The notes under the pieces were generated by a model. That model worked only from the letters and a program-made list of their open reading frames with translations, was not told the origin of the DNA and did not search any database. DNA of 64,000 nt from Felis catus. Its lineage: Eukaryota. Below, piece by piece: positions 12,136 to 22,680 of this stretch (its first letter is position 1; each line of letters begins with the position of its first letter). The stretch lies in contig NC_058368.1 of the NCBI RefSeq assembly GCF_018350175.1, positions 202,122,001 to 202,186,000 on the forward strand, read 5' to 3'. The translations under genes were made by a program, and so were the position numbers.

Positions 12136-14578
12136 TTCTTTTTTTCCTTTAATTTATTTATTTTTTTTAATTTACATCCAAGTTAGTTAATTACCATATA
12201 GTGCAACAATGATTTCAGTAGATTCCTTAATGCCTTTTACCCATTTATCCCATCTCCCCTCCCACAAACCCACCAGTAACCCTCTGTTTGTTCTCCATAT
12301 TTAAGAATCTCGTATGTTTTTGTCCTCCTCCTTGTTTTTATATTATTTTTGCTTCTCTTCCCTTAGGTTCATCTGTTTTGTATCTTGAAGTCCTTATATG
12401 AGTGAAGTCATATGATATTTGTCTTTCTCTGACTAATTTCGCTTAGCATAATACCCTCTAGTTCCATCCGCATAGTTGCAAATGGCAAGATTTAATTCTT
12501 TTTGATTGCTGAGTAATATTCCATTATATATATACCACACCTTCTTTATCCATTCATCCATCGATGGACATTTGGGCTCTTTCCATACTTTGGCTATTGT
12601 TGATAGTGCTGCTATAATCATGGGGGTGCATGTGTCCCTTTGAAACAGCACACCTGTATCCCATGGATAAATGCCTAGTAGTGCAATTGCTGGGTCGTAG
12701 GGTAGTTCTATATTTAATTTTGTGAGGAACCTCCATACTGTTTTCCAGAGTGGCTGCACCAGCTTGCATTACCACCAGCAGTGCAAAAGAGATCCTCTTT
12801 CTCCGCATCCTCGGCAACATCTGTTGTTGCCTGAGTTGTTAATGTTAGCCATTCTGACAGGTGTAAGGTGGTATCTCATTATGGTTTTGATTTGTATTTC
12901 CCTGATGATGAGTGATGTTGAGCATTTTTTCATGTGTCGGTTGGCCATCTGGTTGTCTTCTTTGGAGAGGTGTCTATTCATGTCTTTTGCCAATTTTTCA
13001 CTGGATTATTTGTGTTTTGGGTGTTGAGTTTGATAAGCTCTTTATAGATTTTGGATACTAACCCTTTATTTGATATGTCGTTTGCAAATATCTTCTATTC
13101 CATCAGTTGCCTTTTAGTTTTGCTGATTGTTTCGTTCACTGTGCAGAAGCTTTTTATTTTGATGAGGTCTTAATAGTTCATTTTTGCTTTTGTTTTCCTT
13201 GCCTCTGGAGACGTGTTGAGTAAGAAGTTCCTGTGGCTGAGATCAAAGATGTTTTGGACTCCTTTTTCCTCCAGGATTTTTATGGCTTCCTGCCTTATAT
13301 GTAGGTCTTTCATCCATTTTGAGTTTATTTTTTGTGTATGGTTTAAGAAAGTGGTCCAGGTTCACTTTTGAGCATGTCGTCCAGTTTTCCCAGCAGCACT
13401 TGCTGAAGAGACTGTTTTATTCCATCGGATATTCTTTCCTACTTTGTCAAAGATTAGTTGGCCATACATTTGTGGGTACATTTCTGGGTTCTCTATTCTG
13501 TTCCATTGATCTGAGTGTCTGTTCTTGTGCCAGTACCACACTGTCTTGATGATTACAGCTTTGTAATATAGCTTGAAGTCCAGGATTGTGATGCCTCCTG
13601 CTTTGGTTTTCTTTTTCAAGATTGCTTAGGCCATTCATGGTCTTTTCTGGTTCCATACAAATTTTAGGATTGTTTGTTCTAGCTCTGTGAAGAATGCTGG
13701 TGTTATTTTGATAGGAATTGCATTGAATATGTAGATTGCTTTGGGTAGTATTGACATTTTAACAATATTTGTTCTTCCTATCCAGGAGCATGGAATCTTT
13801 TTCCCATTTTTTTGTGTGTGTCTTCTTCCATTTCTTTCATAAGCTTTCTGAAGTTTTCAGTGTATAGATTTTTCACCTTTTTGGTCAGATTTATTCCTAG
13901 GTATTTTATGGTTTTTGGTGCGATTGTAAATGGGATTGATTCTTTGATTTCTCTTTCTGTTGCTTCATTATTGGCATATAGGAATGCAACCAATTTCTGT
14001 GCATTGATTTTATATCCTGCCACTTTGCTGAACTCATGGATCAGTTCTAACAGTTTTTTGGTAGAACATTTTGGGTTTTCCATATAGAGTATCATGTCAT
14101 CTGTGAAGAGTGAAAGTTTGACCTCCTGCTGGCCGATTTGGATGCCTTTTATTTCTTTGTGTTGTCTGATTGCTGAGGCTAAGACTATCAATACTATGTT
14201 GAATAACAGTGGTGAGAATGGACATCCCTGTCATGTTCCTGACCTAAGGGGGAAAGCTCTCAGTTTTCCCCATTGAGGTAGATATTAGCATTGGGTCTTT
14301 CATATATGGCTTTTATGATCTCGAGGTATGATTCTTCTATCCCTACTTTCTTGAGGGTTTTTATCAAGAAAGGATGCTGTATTTTGTCAAATGCTTTCTC
14401 TGCATCTGTTGAGAGGACCATGTGGTTCTTGTCCTTTTATCAAAGTGATGTATTACATTGTCTGTTTTGCAGATATTGAGCCAGCCCTGCATTCCAGGTA
14501 TAAATCCCACTTGGTCATGGGAATAATTTTTTTAATGTATTGTTGGATCCAGTTGGTTAATATCTTGTTGAGGATCTG
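12136..14578 (-). mobile_element. 5'-truncated carnivore LINE-1 (3' part of ORF2 plus 3' UTR), inactive
   Basis: ORF2 peptides [46 protein letters not shown] in broken frames; TSD agtctattttctt at 12123-12135 and 14579-14591. Confidence 0.96.
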
Positions 14579-14734
14579 AGTCTATTTTCTTAAAAAAAAT
14601 TAAAGAAATTCTAAGCATATACATAATCTCTGTATCATTTAGAACTAAAAAGCTAGAAGAAATGGGAAGGCAGCTTATAAAATATTAGAAATTTCTCACT
14701 TGCAAGAAATGAATCCACCTGTAAGAAAAACAGT

Positions 14735-14866
14735 TATATATATATATGTATATATATATATATGTATAGGTATATGTACATATATATGTATATATACATA
14801 TATATGTATGTATACATATATATGTATATATGCATACATATATGTATATATACATACATATATATA
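14735..14866. repeat. (TA)n/(TACA)n compound microsatellite
   Basis: Alternating purine-pyrimidine tract. Confidence 0.93.
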
Positions 14867-15411
14867 TTGGGCACAGTGGAAAAACAGGCAAGAATAGGGA
14901 ATAAAAAAAGACAAAGTAAGAAGATTAAAAAATCTTCTGTTGAGAGCTAATTTTAGACATTTTATAGAAAGCCAGCCTTGCATTATGAAATCACTTCATG
15001 GCACAATTCTCATTTACTGCCTGGTATGTGGACTGGTTTTACACTAGGTGAAGACTGTTTAATTTCCATTGTCTTCTGTCATGGAATTTCCTTGCTGATT
15101 ATGGAGAAGTAGAAAGAGTTAGGGCTTTCCCATCCCAGTTTTCCACTTTCCTTAACATCTGGTGACTGACTGTTTTACTTACTGTGAGAATCCACAGACT
15201 TGTGTCCAGGACTGATAGTGATAATTGATGACCTGATCTCTCCAGGCAACCCTTTCTCCACTGTCAGGATATGTTTCATAACTACCTTTCCCAGATCTTG
15301 AACTAAGCTCAAATATCTCATTCTGAACTATTGGTTATGTTACCCAAGATACAATTAATCTAAAACGGCTAACTAGAGTATTAAGTAAATTTAGATAAAC
15401 CAGGGGATTCT

Positions 15412-15643
15412 TTTCCTTAAACTTTATTTATTTTGAGAGAGAGAGAGACAGAGTGCGCGCACATGCAAGTGTGAGTAGGGGGAGGGGGCAGAGAGAGAGA
15501 ATTCCAGGCAGGTTCCTCACTGTTGGCACCCAGCCTCGGGCAGGGGGTGGGGGTGGTGAAGAGGGGAACCCGCACACCATGAGATCATGACCTGAGTGGA
15601 AATCAAGGGTGAGAAGGCTAACTGATTGATCCACTCAGGTGCC
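15412..15643 (-). mobile_element. CAN-SINE, diverged
   Basis: (GA)n, gagatcatgacctgag, ending cactcaggtgcc. Confidence 0.85.
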
Positions 15644-16005
15644 ACAATTGGGAGTTTTTTTTAATAGAAAAACTTTACAGGGGTGTTTTGTTGCTGCTCC
15701 TACAATTATGAAACCTGAAGAAATAATAATAATAATAATAATAAAGGTAATAATTACAATGGTGAATCAAGAAATTATAATTGTTTACATGTTTGTTTAT
15801 TGTTTATGCAGATGTATAACTTAATGATAGTCTTTTTTTATATTTAAAGTTACCTAATTTACATGCATAAACAAACATTTACAATAATCATAATTACCAT
15901 AATTGCTATTTTGGCCGTAAAACTCAGCCCCTCCTCCATCCCACTCTAATAATGAATCTCATCACGTTAGATGCTCACTTGCCCATTTGTGTCATCTCCT
16001 AACAG

Positions 16006-16740
16006 GTTCCACCACCCTCCCACCCTTGCTGGCATCTGATTGATCAGGAGACTATGTCGGAGGTGTTCGGCCACAACTACCTCAAAGAGACAACCTCTCC
16101 GCCTGCCATCTCCAAGCAAGAAGATAAGTATGGACACAGCCAACAACAAATTGGTGGACTAGGCGTTTCAAGCAACTCTACCCAGACTCATCATTCTGGA
16201 GTCTGGCTCACACCATCTCTCAAGCAACCCTGAGTCCTCTGAAACTTCCCTGGAAACAATGGTCAAAGTTCCATCTGGATGTCGATGTTTCCCAGGAGCT
16301 GGGCAAGGACTGAAGAGCTGGATTCTGTCTCAACAGAGGTGCGAAGGGAAGAAGGCCAAATGAGCCGTGTTTGGGGAGGGAACTCCACATGCACCTACCA
16401 GGAGTCTATCACCTTCCAGGATGCCCAGGGCCCTGAGACCCAAGACTCAGGATACAGGGGCAGGCTCCTGAGGCAGTAGGTCTATGCCTGTCTGGCAAGG
16501 TCAAAGGTCGTAGCATCCCCAATTCATGGTTCCATTATCCTTGAGGCCAGCTATTCCTCCCTGAAGCTGGGTCAGGTCTAGAACTTTCCCCAGGAGTCTA
16601 TTGCTCCAACTCCTCAAGCTTTTCCCCTGAAGGACAACCCCAGGGATTTGATCTCTTTCAGACCCAGCCAACTAGCCAGCACTCTGCACTTGGGGACCTG
16701 ACCCCTTTACCTAAGCTCCTCTATAAGAAAGTGTTTTCCT
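16006..16740 (+). pseudogene. Possible decayed coding exon or retrocopy of unidentified origin
   Basis: Unique, moderately GC-rich segment after acceptor catctcctaacag; one frame runs 245 codons with 5 stops; no family recognised. Confidence 0.2.
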
Positions 16741-16743
16741 CCA

Positions 16744-16981
16744 GGTGCCTGGGTGACTCAGACTGTGAAATGCTGGACTTCCGGTCAGGTCATGGTCTCA
16801 CAGCTCTCCAGGCCCACAACTGGGTCTCTGCTGACAGCTCAGAGCCTGGGGCCTGCTTTGGATTCTGTGTCCCTCCCGGCCCCCCCCCCCCCCCCCCCCC
16901 CCCCACCTCTCTGTCCCTCACCCTGCTTGCAATCTGTCTTTCTCAAAAATAAACATTAAAAAAAAAAAAAAAAGAAAAAAA
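16744..16981 (+). mobile_element. CAN-SINE containing a C25 run
   Basis: ggtgcctgggtgactcag head, A tail; poly-C at 16880-16904. Confidence 0.9.
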
Positions 16982-16999
16982 GGAAGTTTTCCCTCGTTT

Positions 17000-17747
17000 G
17001 AATACCATGGGGGAAGCCTGCGGGCGAGAACCGGGAGCTGGTGGTGCGGATGTGTGTGGGGATGGAGGGTGGGGTTCCCCAGGAAGGTAAACAGGAACCC
17101 TGATATCTCGCAGGGTGCACTATGTGGCTTTAGGTGGGTGGGGGGAAGAAGCGCAGGTCCTGGTGGAAGGGCAGGGAGAGAAGGGGCTGGGATGCGCTCA
17201 GCATCAGGAAAGGCTGAGAAAAAGGCTGGATCAGGCGTGAGGCACGGCTTCTGTAGCCACTCTTCCAGGAAAAAGCCCGATATCTCGAGATCTTGGAGAT
17301 CTACGGGTGCCGGCAGGGGAGTCAACACGGGATGTCAGGTGCAGATGTTCTTCTCCCAGACTCCTTTGGCTTATCAGGAAAACTCCAATTCCTTCCCTTC
17401 CATCCCCCTGAGAGACAGTGCTGCGGGCGCTTGGCTCCAGGGGCCAGGCCAGGTGTGGGGAGAATGGGCTGCTGCCCAAATACTGTGCAAGGGCGCACCC
17501 GCCGAGCGCAGACTGAGGCGGTGAACTGCGCAGGCGTGGACCGTGGGCCGCAAAACTGTTGTTTCCCTGAGGACCGAAGGCTGCAGGTGGCCCTCCGGAT
17601 TCTGGTGCGGAGCTCTGGGATGCAGCCGGAAGTCAGCCAGGGTCCCAGGCCTCGGCAACCCCAACTCTCTGTTCCCTTAGCCTCAGGGCACTTGACCCTC
17701 CCGCGGCTGCGAGGTGTATAGAGTTCGTCCCAGGAGACCAGCTACTG
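17000..17747 (+). promoter_or_regulatory. CpG-rich promoter and probable first exon
   Basis: Only CpG-dense unique region in the window; NRF1-like TGCGCAGGCG 17527-17536; ETS/GABPA CCGGAAGT 17626-17633; donor CTG|gtaaat at 17748 followed by an abrupt drop in GC. Confidence 0.75.
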
Positions 17748-18663
17748 GTAAATAAAAAGTACACTTAAATAAGTTGTTTTTAATGATAATCGTGCCATTC
17801 GCACCAAAATAGCAGGAGAGGCAGATAATGGGCTGTGAGCTAGCTATGTATTTTGGAAAGCCTCTCCTATTCATTATACTGTACAATTGTACAACTATAT
17901 TTTATAAAGTATCTTGAATGTTATTTTTAAACAGCCTTTATTTGTAGGCTACTAAGTATTTGGGTATTTAAGAAATTTTGTGTAGGTATTTGTCATACAA
18001 ATAGAGTGAAAAAGATCTTTTCTGTTGAATAATGTCAGTGGAGGGCAAATATGGTATATGGTGATATATCTTTCCTGCGATTGGTATAGAATATTTTAGC
18101 ACATAGGAAATTGAAAAGTATGGGCAAAATAGAGCAGTTTTCTGGAAAGCACAAGTAGGATTTTCTTTTTAATTTGCTGCTAACTACCTGTAGGACTCTG
18201 AAGGAGTTCCATCAGCATATTTTCTGAACAAGATTCAGTTTCAGGTAGAGAGATAACCCAAATTTTATTGACCAAACTGAGGTCATCTGTCCACCCATTG
18301 GTCAGAGGAGAATTGAGCCCCTTGATTTACAGTCTTATCAAGGACATGCCCTAAAGGGAAAGGTTCTTTTGTTGAAGAAAAATTGATACATTTTTTATGA
18401 GAGGGGGGAATAGATTCCTGTAAGACAATAAAATGGATTTCCACTTAGGATAGGTGGTCATTAGTGTCCTAACAGCCTTAGTTTCTTAACATTCTGAAAT
18501 TGATTTATTCTATTTACTGTACCTTATTTGCTGCTGTTTTATTTAGAAGTTGCTAGAAACTGTGCCAAGTTCCAGTCTTTTAATCTTAGATGAAAATAAG
18601 CAAGGTCAATTTTTAAAATGTGACACAGTTGTATTGCATTTGTGATGTACATTTTTTACCTTC

Positions 18664-19025
18664 TGTCAAAAGATAAATTGAGTCACATAAAAATTTTCAA
18701 GAATTTGCAAAAAAAATTTTTCCCAAGAATTTGAACAACCGTTAGTTTGAATCAGGCAGCACAAAATCAAAAGTGGTTAGGAACACTTTGCTAGCATAAC
18801 CTAGAATAAAGGCTTTTTATACAGCAGATGTGGAAGCACAGCAAGAAAATTAACTGATTAGGTACAGCCTAAGCAGTTGCCTTATTTGGGAAAGCGTAGT
18901 TGCCTCTTTGTGATTGGTTGTTTATAAATTTTATTTTCTCTGATACAAGTGGTATTTACAGGAATAGACTCTGGTTTAGATTTTGGTTTGCTTATGTAGG
19001 CTGCTAATGCTTTGGAGCTGCTGTA
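18664..19025 (-). mobile_element. Probable solo ERV LTR
   Basis: Starts TG; ggctttttata and tgattgg (TATA and CCAAT on the minus strand); layout resembles ERV1-type LTRs. Confidence 0.45.
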
Positions 19026-19063
19026 AGAAAAGAAATCTCATTTAAATCTCTGAGTGAACTCTT

Positions 19064-19270
19064 GGGGAGCCTGGGTGGCTCAGTCAGTTGAGTGTCAGAC
19101 TTTTGATTTTGGCTCAGGTTGTGATCCCAGGGCTGTGGATTAAGATTCTCTCTCCCCCTCTTCCTTTCCCCCTCTCCCTCTCTTCCTCTCCCTCTCTCTC
19201 TCTCCCTCCACCCCTCCCTGACTCATGCTACCACACACACTCTCTCAAAATAAATAATTAATTAAAAAAA
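19064..19270 (+). mobile_element. CAN-SINE with internal deletion
   Basis: TSD taaatctctgagtgaactctt on both sides. Confidence 0.9.
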
Positions 19271-19289
19271 TAAATCTCTGAGTGAACTC

Positions 19290-19560
19290 TTCCTTTCCAA
19301 TATTTTTTACTCCACCTATATGATGATGAACCCTATACCTATATCTAGAGCAGACCTCTCTTTTTGAGCACTGAAGTCTATTTGTCCTGTGACACTCTGT
19401 CTAGACATCTTTCTTCCCAAACCCTCTCTTCTTCCAGAGCTCTAAATCTTAATGGCTAAGTTGGAAAGCTTGGAGTCATCTGTGACTTTTCCTTCACCAA
19501 ACATTAATTAATTGTTTAAAAATTGGTCGTCCCTACCTTCTAAATCACTTTGTTCTTTGC
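19290..19560 (+). mobile_element. LINE-2 relic
   Basis: cagacctctct...ctagacatct...ttggagtcatc resembles the L2 3' region. Confidence 0.5.
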
Positions 19561-19739
19561 CCACATTTTGATTTATGTGTTTAATGCTTGCCATTAATTA
19601 ATTGAGTAATATAATATGTTACCTGCTAACTGAGTCATTCACAGAGGTGGAGAAGATAGACAAAACGAAATAATTTTAGTTATTTAGTAAATGCTGTTTT
19701 GGTGGTATGAATAAATTGTCTTAGGTACTTTAGATAGTA

Positions 19740-19910
19740 TGCAGTAGTGGGAAAGGGATGCTATAGAAAGACAGGCCTGTATTTGAATCCTGATGAGCTG
19801 TATGGCTTTGGGCAGATAATACAATCTCCCTTAACCTCTTTTCCTCATCTATTAAAGTGGAGATGAAGATATCTATCTTATGGGACTCATGCAAGCGTTA
19901 TACATGATTA
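19740..19910 (+). mobile_element. MIR relic
   Basis: tttgaatcctg...ctttgggcag...ttcctcatctattaaagtggagat. Confidence 0.7.
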
Positions 19911-20139
19911 TGTAAGTGTATCATATAAATATATGTATATTATGTGAGGTTATATATAGTATACACATATACTATATATATATGGCATGAGATATATAAG
20001 TTTACACATTTGACATTGGACATGCATTTATTTGCTAGTACTGTTTGTTAGCTACTGTTAAAGTTTTTATAGTGCCACTACTTAAGGAAATTTATAATCT
20101 AGGGGAAAAGACAAAAGAACAATAAAGGCTAACATTAGA

Positions 20140-20335
20140 GATGGCTTATGTTATCAGTACTGTTTTAATACCCTATGGGTAATAATCCATTTACTTTGTA
20201 GAATAATCCTTTGAAGTAAGTGCTATTAATATATTGACATTAGAATAAAGACATTGAATTACTGATATAATAACTAATTTGCTCAAGGTCATACCTCTAG
20301 TTAAGTATGGAGCATGGGGTTGAACTCAAGGACTA
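20140..20335 (-). mobile_element. MIR relic
   Basis: taatttgctcaaggtcatacctctagttaagtatggagcatggggttgaactcaag. Confidence 0.65.
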
Positions 20336-20770
20336 GTAAAATTTCGTGAAAAAAGATACAGGTAAGAATAAAAAGTCACTGATTTGTGGAAGTTTATATA
20401 TGATAGATACTATTTTCTTGATGAAGCAGTATTTAAATTAATCTTCTAAGAGTAAAAGGAGGTGTTGGTAATTTTACAGTTTAACTTAGAATTTAGTGAA
20501 TTACATGTTCAAGTAAACTATTGGACTTACAAATCACAGAAACAGATGAATAAGTTTATAACCTAATCTATGCTATTGGATTAAATTCCCTGCAATGATA
20601 CTACTTAGATAAATCTATTCATTGAACATGTTTGCCAGCATAAATGCCTTTCTTTGGGTGCATGCATGTAGAGAATCATCTTTATTTTCTTATTAGAATA
20701 CCTCAACGAAATGCCAGAAATTGGGCTGGGAGTGAGGAGGATAGGTTTTTAATGTTTTGCCTTCTTGTAG

Positions 20771-20856
20771 ATGATGAGTGCAATTTCACAAGCATATCTA
20801 ACTTACCTTTATGGTTTGCCATCCTTAAAGAAACTTGTTACTCTCGAATAGGACTG
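20771..20856 (+). ncRNA. Candidate internal exon (86 nt) of the transcript from the 17.5 kb promoter
   Basis: ttttgccttcttgtag| ... CTG|gtgagt, strong splice sites in unique DNA. Confidence 0.45.
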
Positions 20857-20913
20857 GTGAGTTACTAGAAATTGCTCAGAGCAACGGCTTCTTTTTTTTT
20901 TTTCCCCACTAAG

Positions 20914-20962
20914 GGGAAAGTAACCAACAGGAGCCAGACACTGGATGTATCTTTTACAGCTG
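20914..20962 (+). ncRNA. Candidate alternative exon (49 nt)
   Basis: Long T tract + ccccactaag| ... CTG|gtacgc; only 57 nt from the upstream donor, so likely alternative rather than consecutive. Confidence 0.3.
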
Positions 20963-21147
20963 GTACGCACGTAGTTTAGCAGTTTATATTTGATTTATCT
21001 GTATGCCGCTCAGTAGAGCTTAGCGTTTTTTAAAAACAAAATGTGATGTGAGGTTAGCAAGATCACTCATAAAAGTAGATCTGAAGAAAGAGTCTGAATT
21101 CTCTTTGAATTTCCACCTGAGCTATTTAAATGCTGACCCACTGGCAG

Positions 21148-21244
21148 GTGCTTACATGAACACTGGATACTGTTCTTTGACACCATCTTGGACAAAAATA
21201 AGCCTTTCTTTGGGTTTTGCACACTCCAAGGGAAACCAGAAAAT
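21148..21244 (+). ncRNA. Candidate exon (97 nt)
   Basis: gctgacccactggcag| ... AAT|gtaagg; weak pyrimidine tract. Confidence 0.35.
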
Positions 21245-21959
21245 GTAAGGAGGTGCCAGACGCAAAGATCAGCAAGGCTATAAAAGGACAAACAGCCCAA
21301 GGTACCAAATGTTTCTTCTCTAGTTGGAAATTTTGTGCAGAACATGAAAGATGAAAGTGAGATCAGGAATGAGTAAGGGCTGCACTGAAACAAAACAAAA
21401 CAAAACAAAGCAATTGCAGACTTTTAAAATAAAAAGGAAATGTGAATTTTGTGAGAATGTATTTTCACATCTTTATTGCCTTCTTCCAGATCCCCTGTAT
21501 TTTGACAATATTCTTATGGAGTTCTTAAGCAAATGACATCAGGCATTTCTGAAGAAAATACTTTCTTAAGGTGGCTTTAAAAATTTTTTTTTAAAAAAGA
21601 TTTGAGTGTAGAATGAAAACATTTTGGCTGTTAACATTTCTGTTAGGTATTTGTATCAATTTCCTTTCTTTAAAGCAGTAGTTTCTCTGCATGTACATTC
21701 ATGCACACTTCTTCTTTACCTGTATTTTTTAAGTCTTTGATGTGAAATAAATTTAAGTTTATCCAAAATGCATTTTCTATAATATGGGCTGGATGTATTA
21801 AAAACTTGCGATAAGGATTTGAAATGATTATTTAATTAGAAAAAATGAAGTAATACTTCACTTCAAAAGTGAAGTAGTCTTTTTAAAAACATTCCATATA
21901 TTGCGTTGAAATAACAAATGTGCAAACTTTAGCTCATAGTCTATTTAATTGCAGAAGTA

Positions 21960-22455
21960 AGTAGTTACTTGTGTGGTGGTTTGCTTAATTTTACCGCAGG
22001 GTAGCAACTTCTGGAGATGAATCATGAGTTTTTGAATGAAGGTAACCCCCCAGTCTTTCACTCCTAATTGGAAACACAATCCAGGATACAGTGGTGGGTC
22101 AAGACTCACTCTGGCCAATGATGTGAAGAGAAGTCTGCTGGAAGTGGGTGGTCTTTTGCAAAGGCTTTGATTTCTTGATAATGAGGGCAGATACAGCTTT
22201 CTTCTTAACACCCTCTTCCAGCCTTAAGCAAGATCTTAATGCCTGAAGCCCCAGTGGTCATATTTGGCCAAGAGACAACAAGGATTAGGATGAAAAGTCA
22301 ACAAGATTAATAACCTGAAAATAGAAAGTGCCTGTGGCCTTGAAAGCATTCATGAGCCGCTAACCAAACAAGACCTGGTAACCGAACTGCTTATTTTGGG
22401 GCTTCTTAGATATGAAAATAAACCTTCGTTTATTTAAGTCAGTTTAGCTGCTGCT
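21960..22455 (+). mobile_element. MaLR (MLT1-like) solo LTR, 3' end missing
   Basis: gaagtctgctgg...gagccgct...cttcttagatatgaaaataaaccttcgtttatttaagtca resembles the MLT1 R/U5 region. Confidence 0.65.
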
Positions 22456-22457
22456 TC

Positions 22458-22680
22458 TTTTTTTTTTTTTTGTTTATTTATTTATTTTGAGAGAGAGAGA
22501 GAGAGAGAGCACACGAGGGAGGGGCAGAGAGAGAGAGGGAGAGAGGGAGAGAATCCCAAGCAGGCTCCCAGCTGTCAGCACAGAGCCCCACTCAGGGCTG
22601 GATCTCAAGAACTGTGAGATTGTGACCTGAGCTGAAAGCAAGAGTCGGATGTTTAACCGACTGAGTCACCCAGGTGCCCC
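22458..22680 (-). mobile_element. CAN-SINE
   Basis: Full body; no TSD visible. Confidence 0.92.

Noticed and set aside
14094..14112. FTDD instead of FADD at the RT active site in both carnivore L1s (also about 54296-54312)
   Set aside because: TTCGCA>TTCACA is a CpG deamination change expected to recur independently in dead copies; it is not evidence of a variant enzyme.
14685..14983. Tyr/Ile-rich ORFs; likewise the SFFL/KERK ORFs at 41491-41749 and SSPLL ORFs at 61273-61543
   Set aside because: Microsatellite translations.
16918..17721. Overlapping 82-156 aa ORFs on both strands
   Set aside because: Expected from low stop frequency in GC-rich promoter DNA; no recognisable domain, and several start at non-ATG codons.
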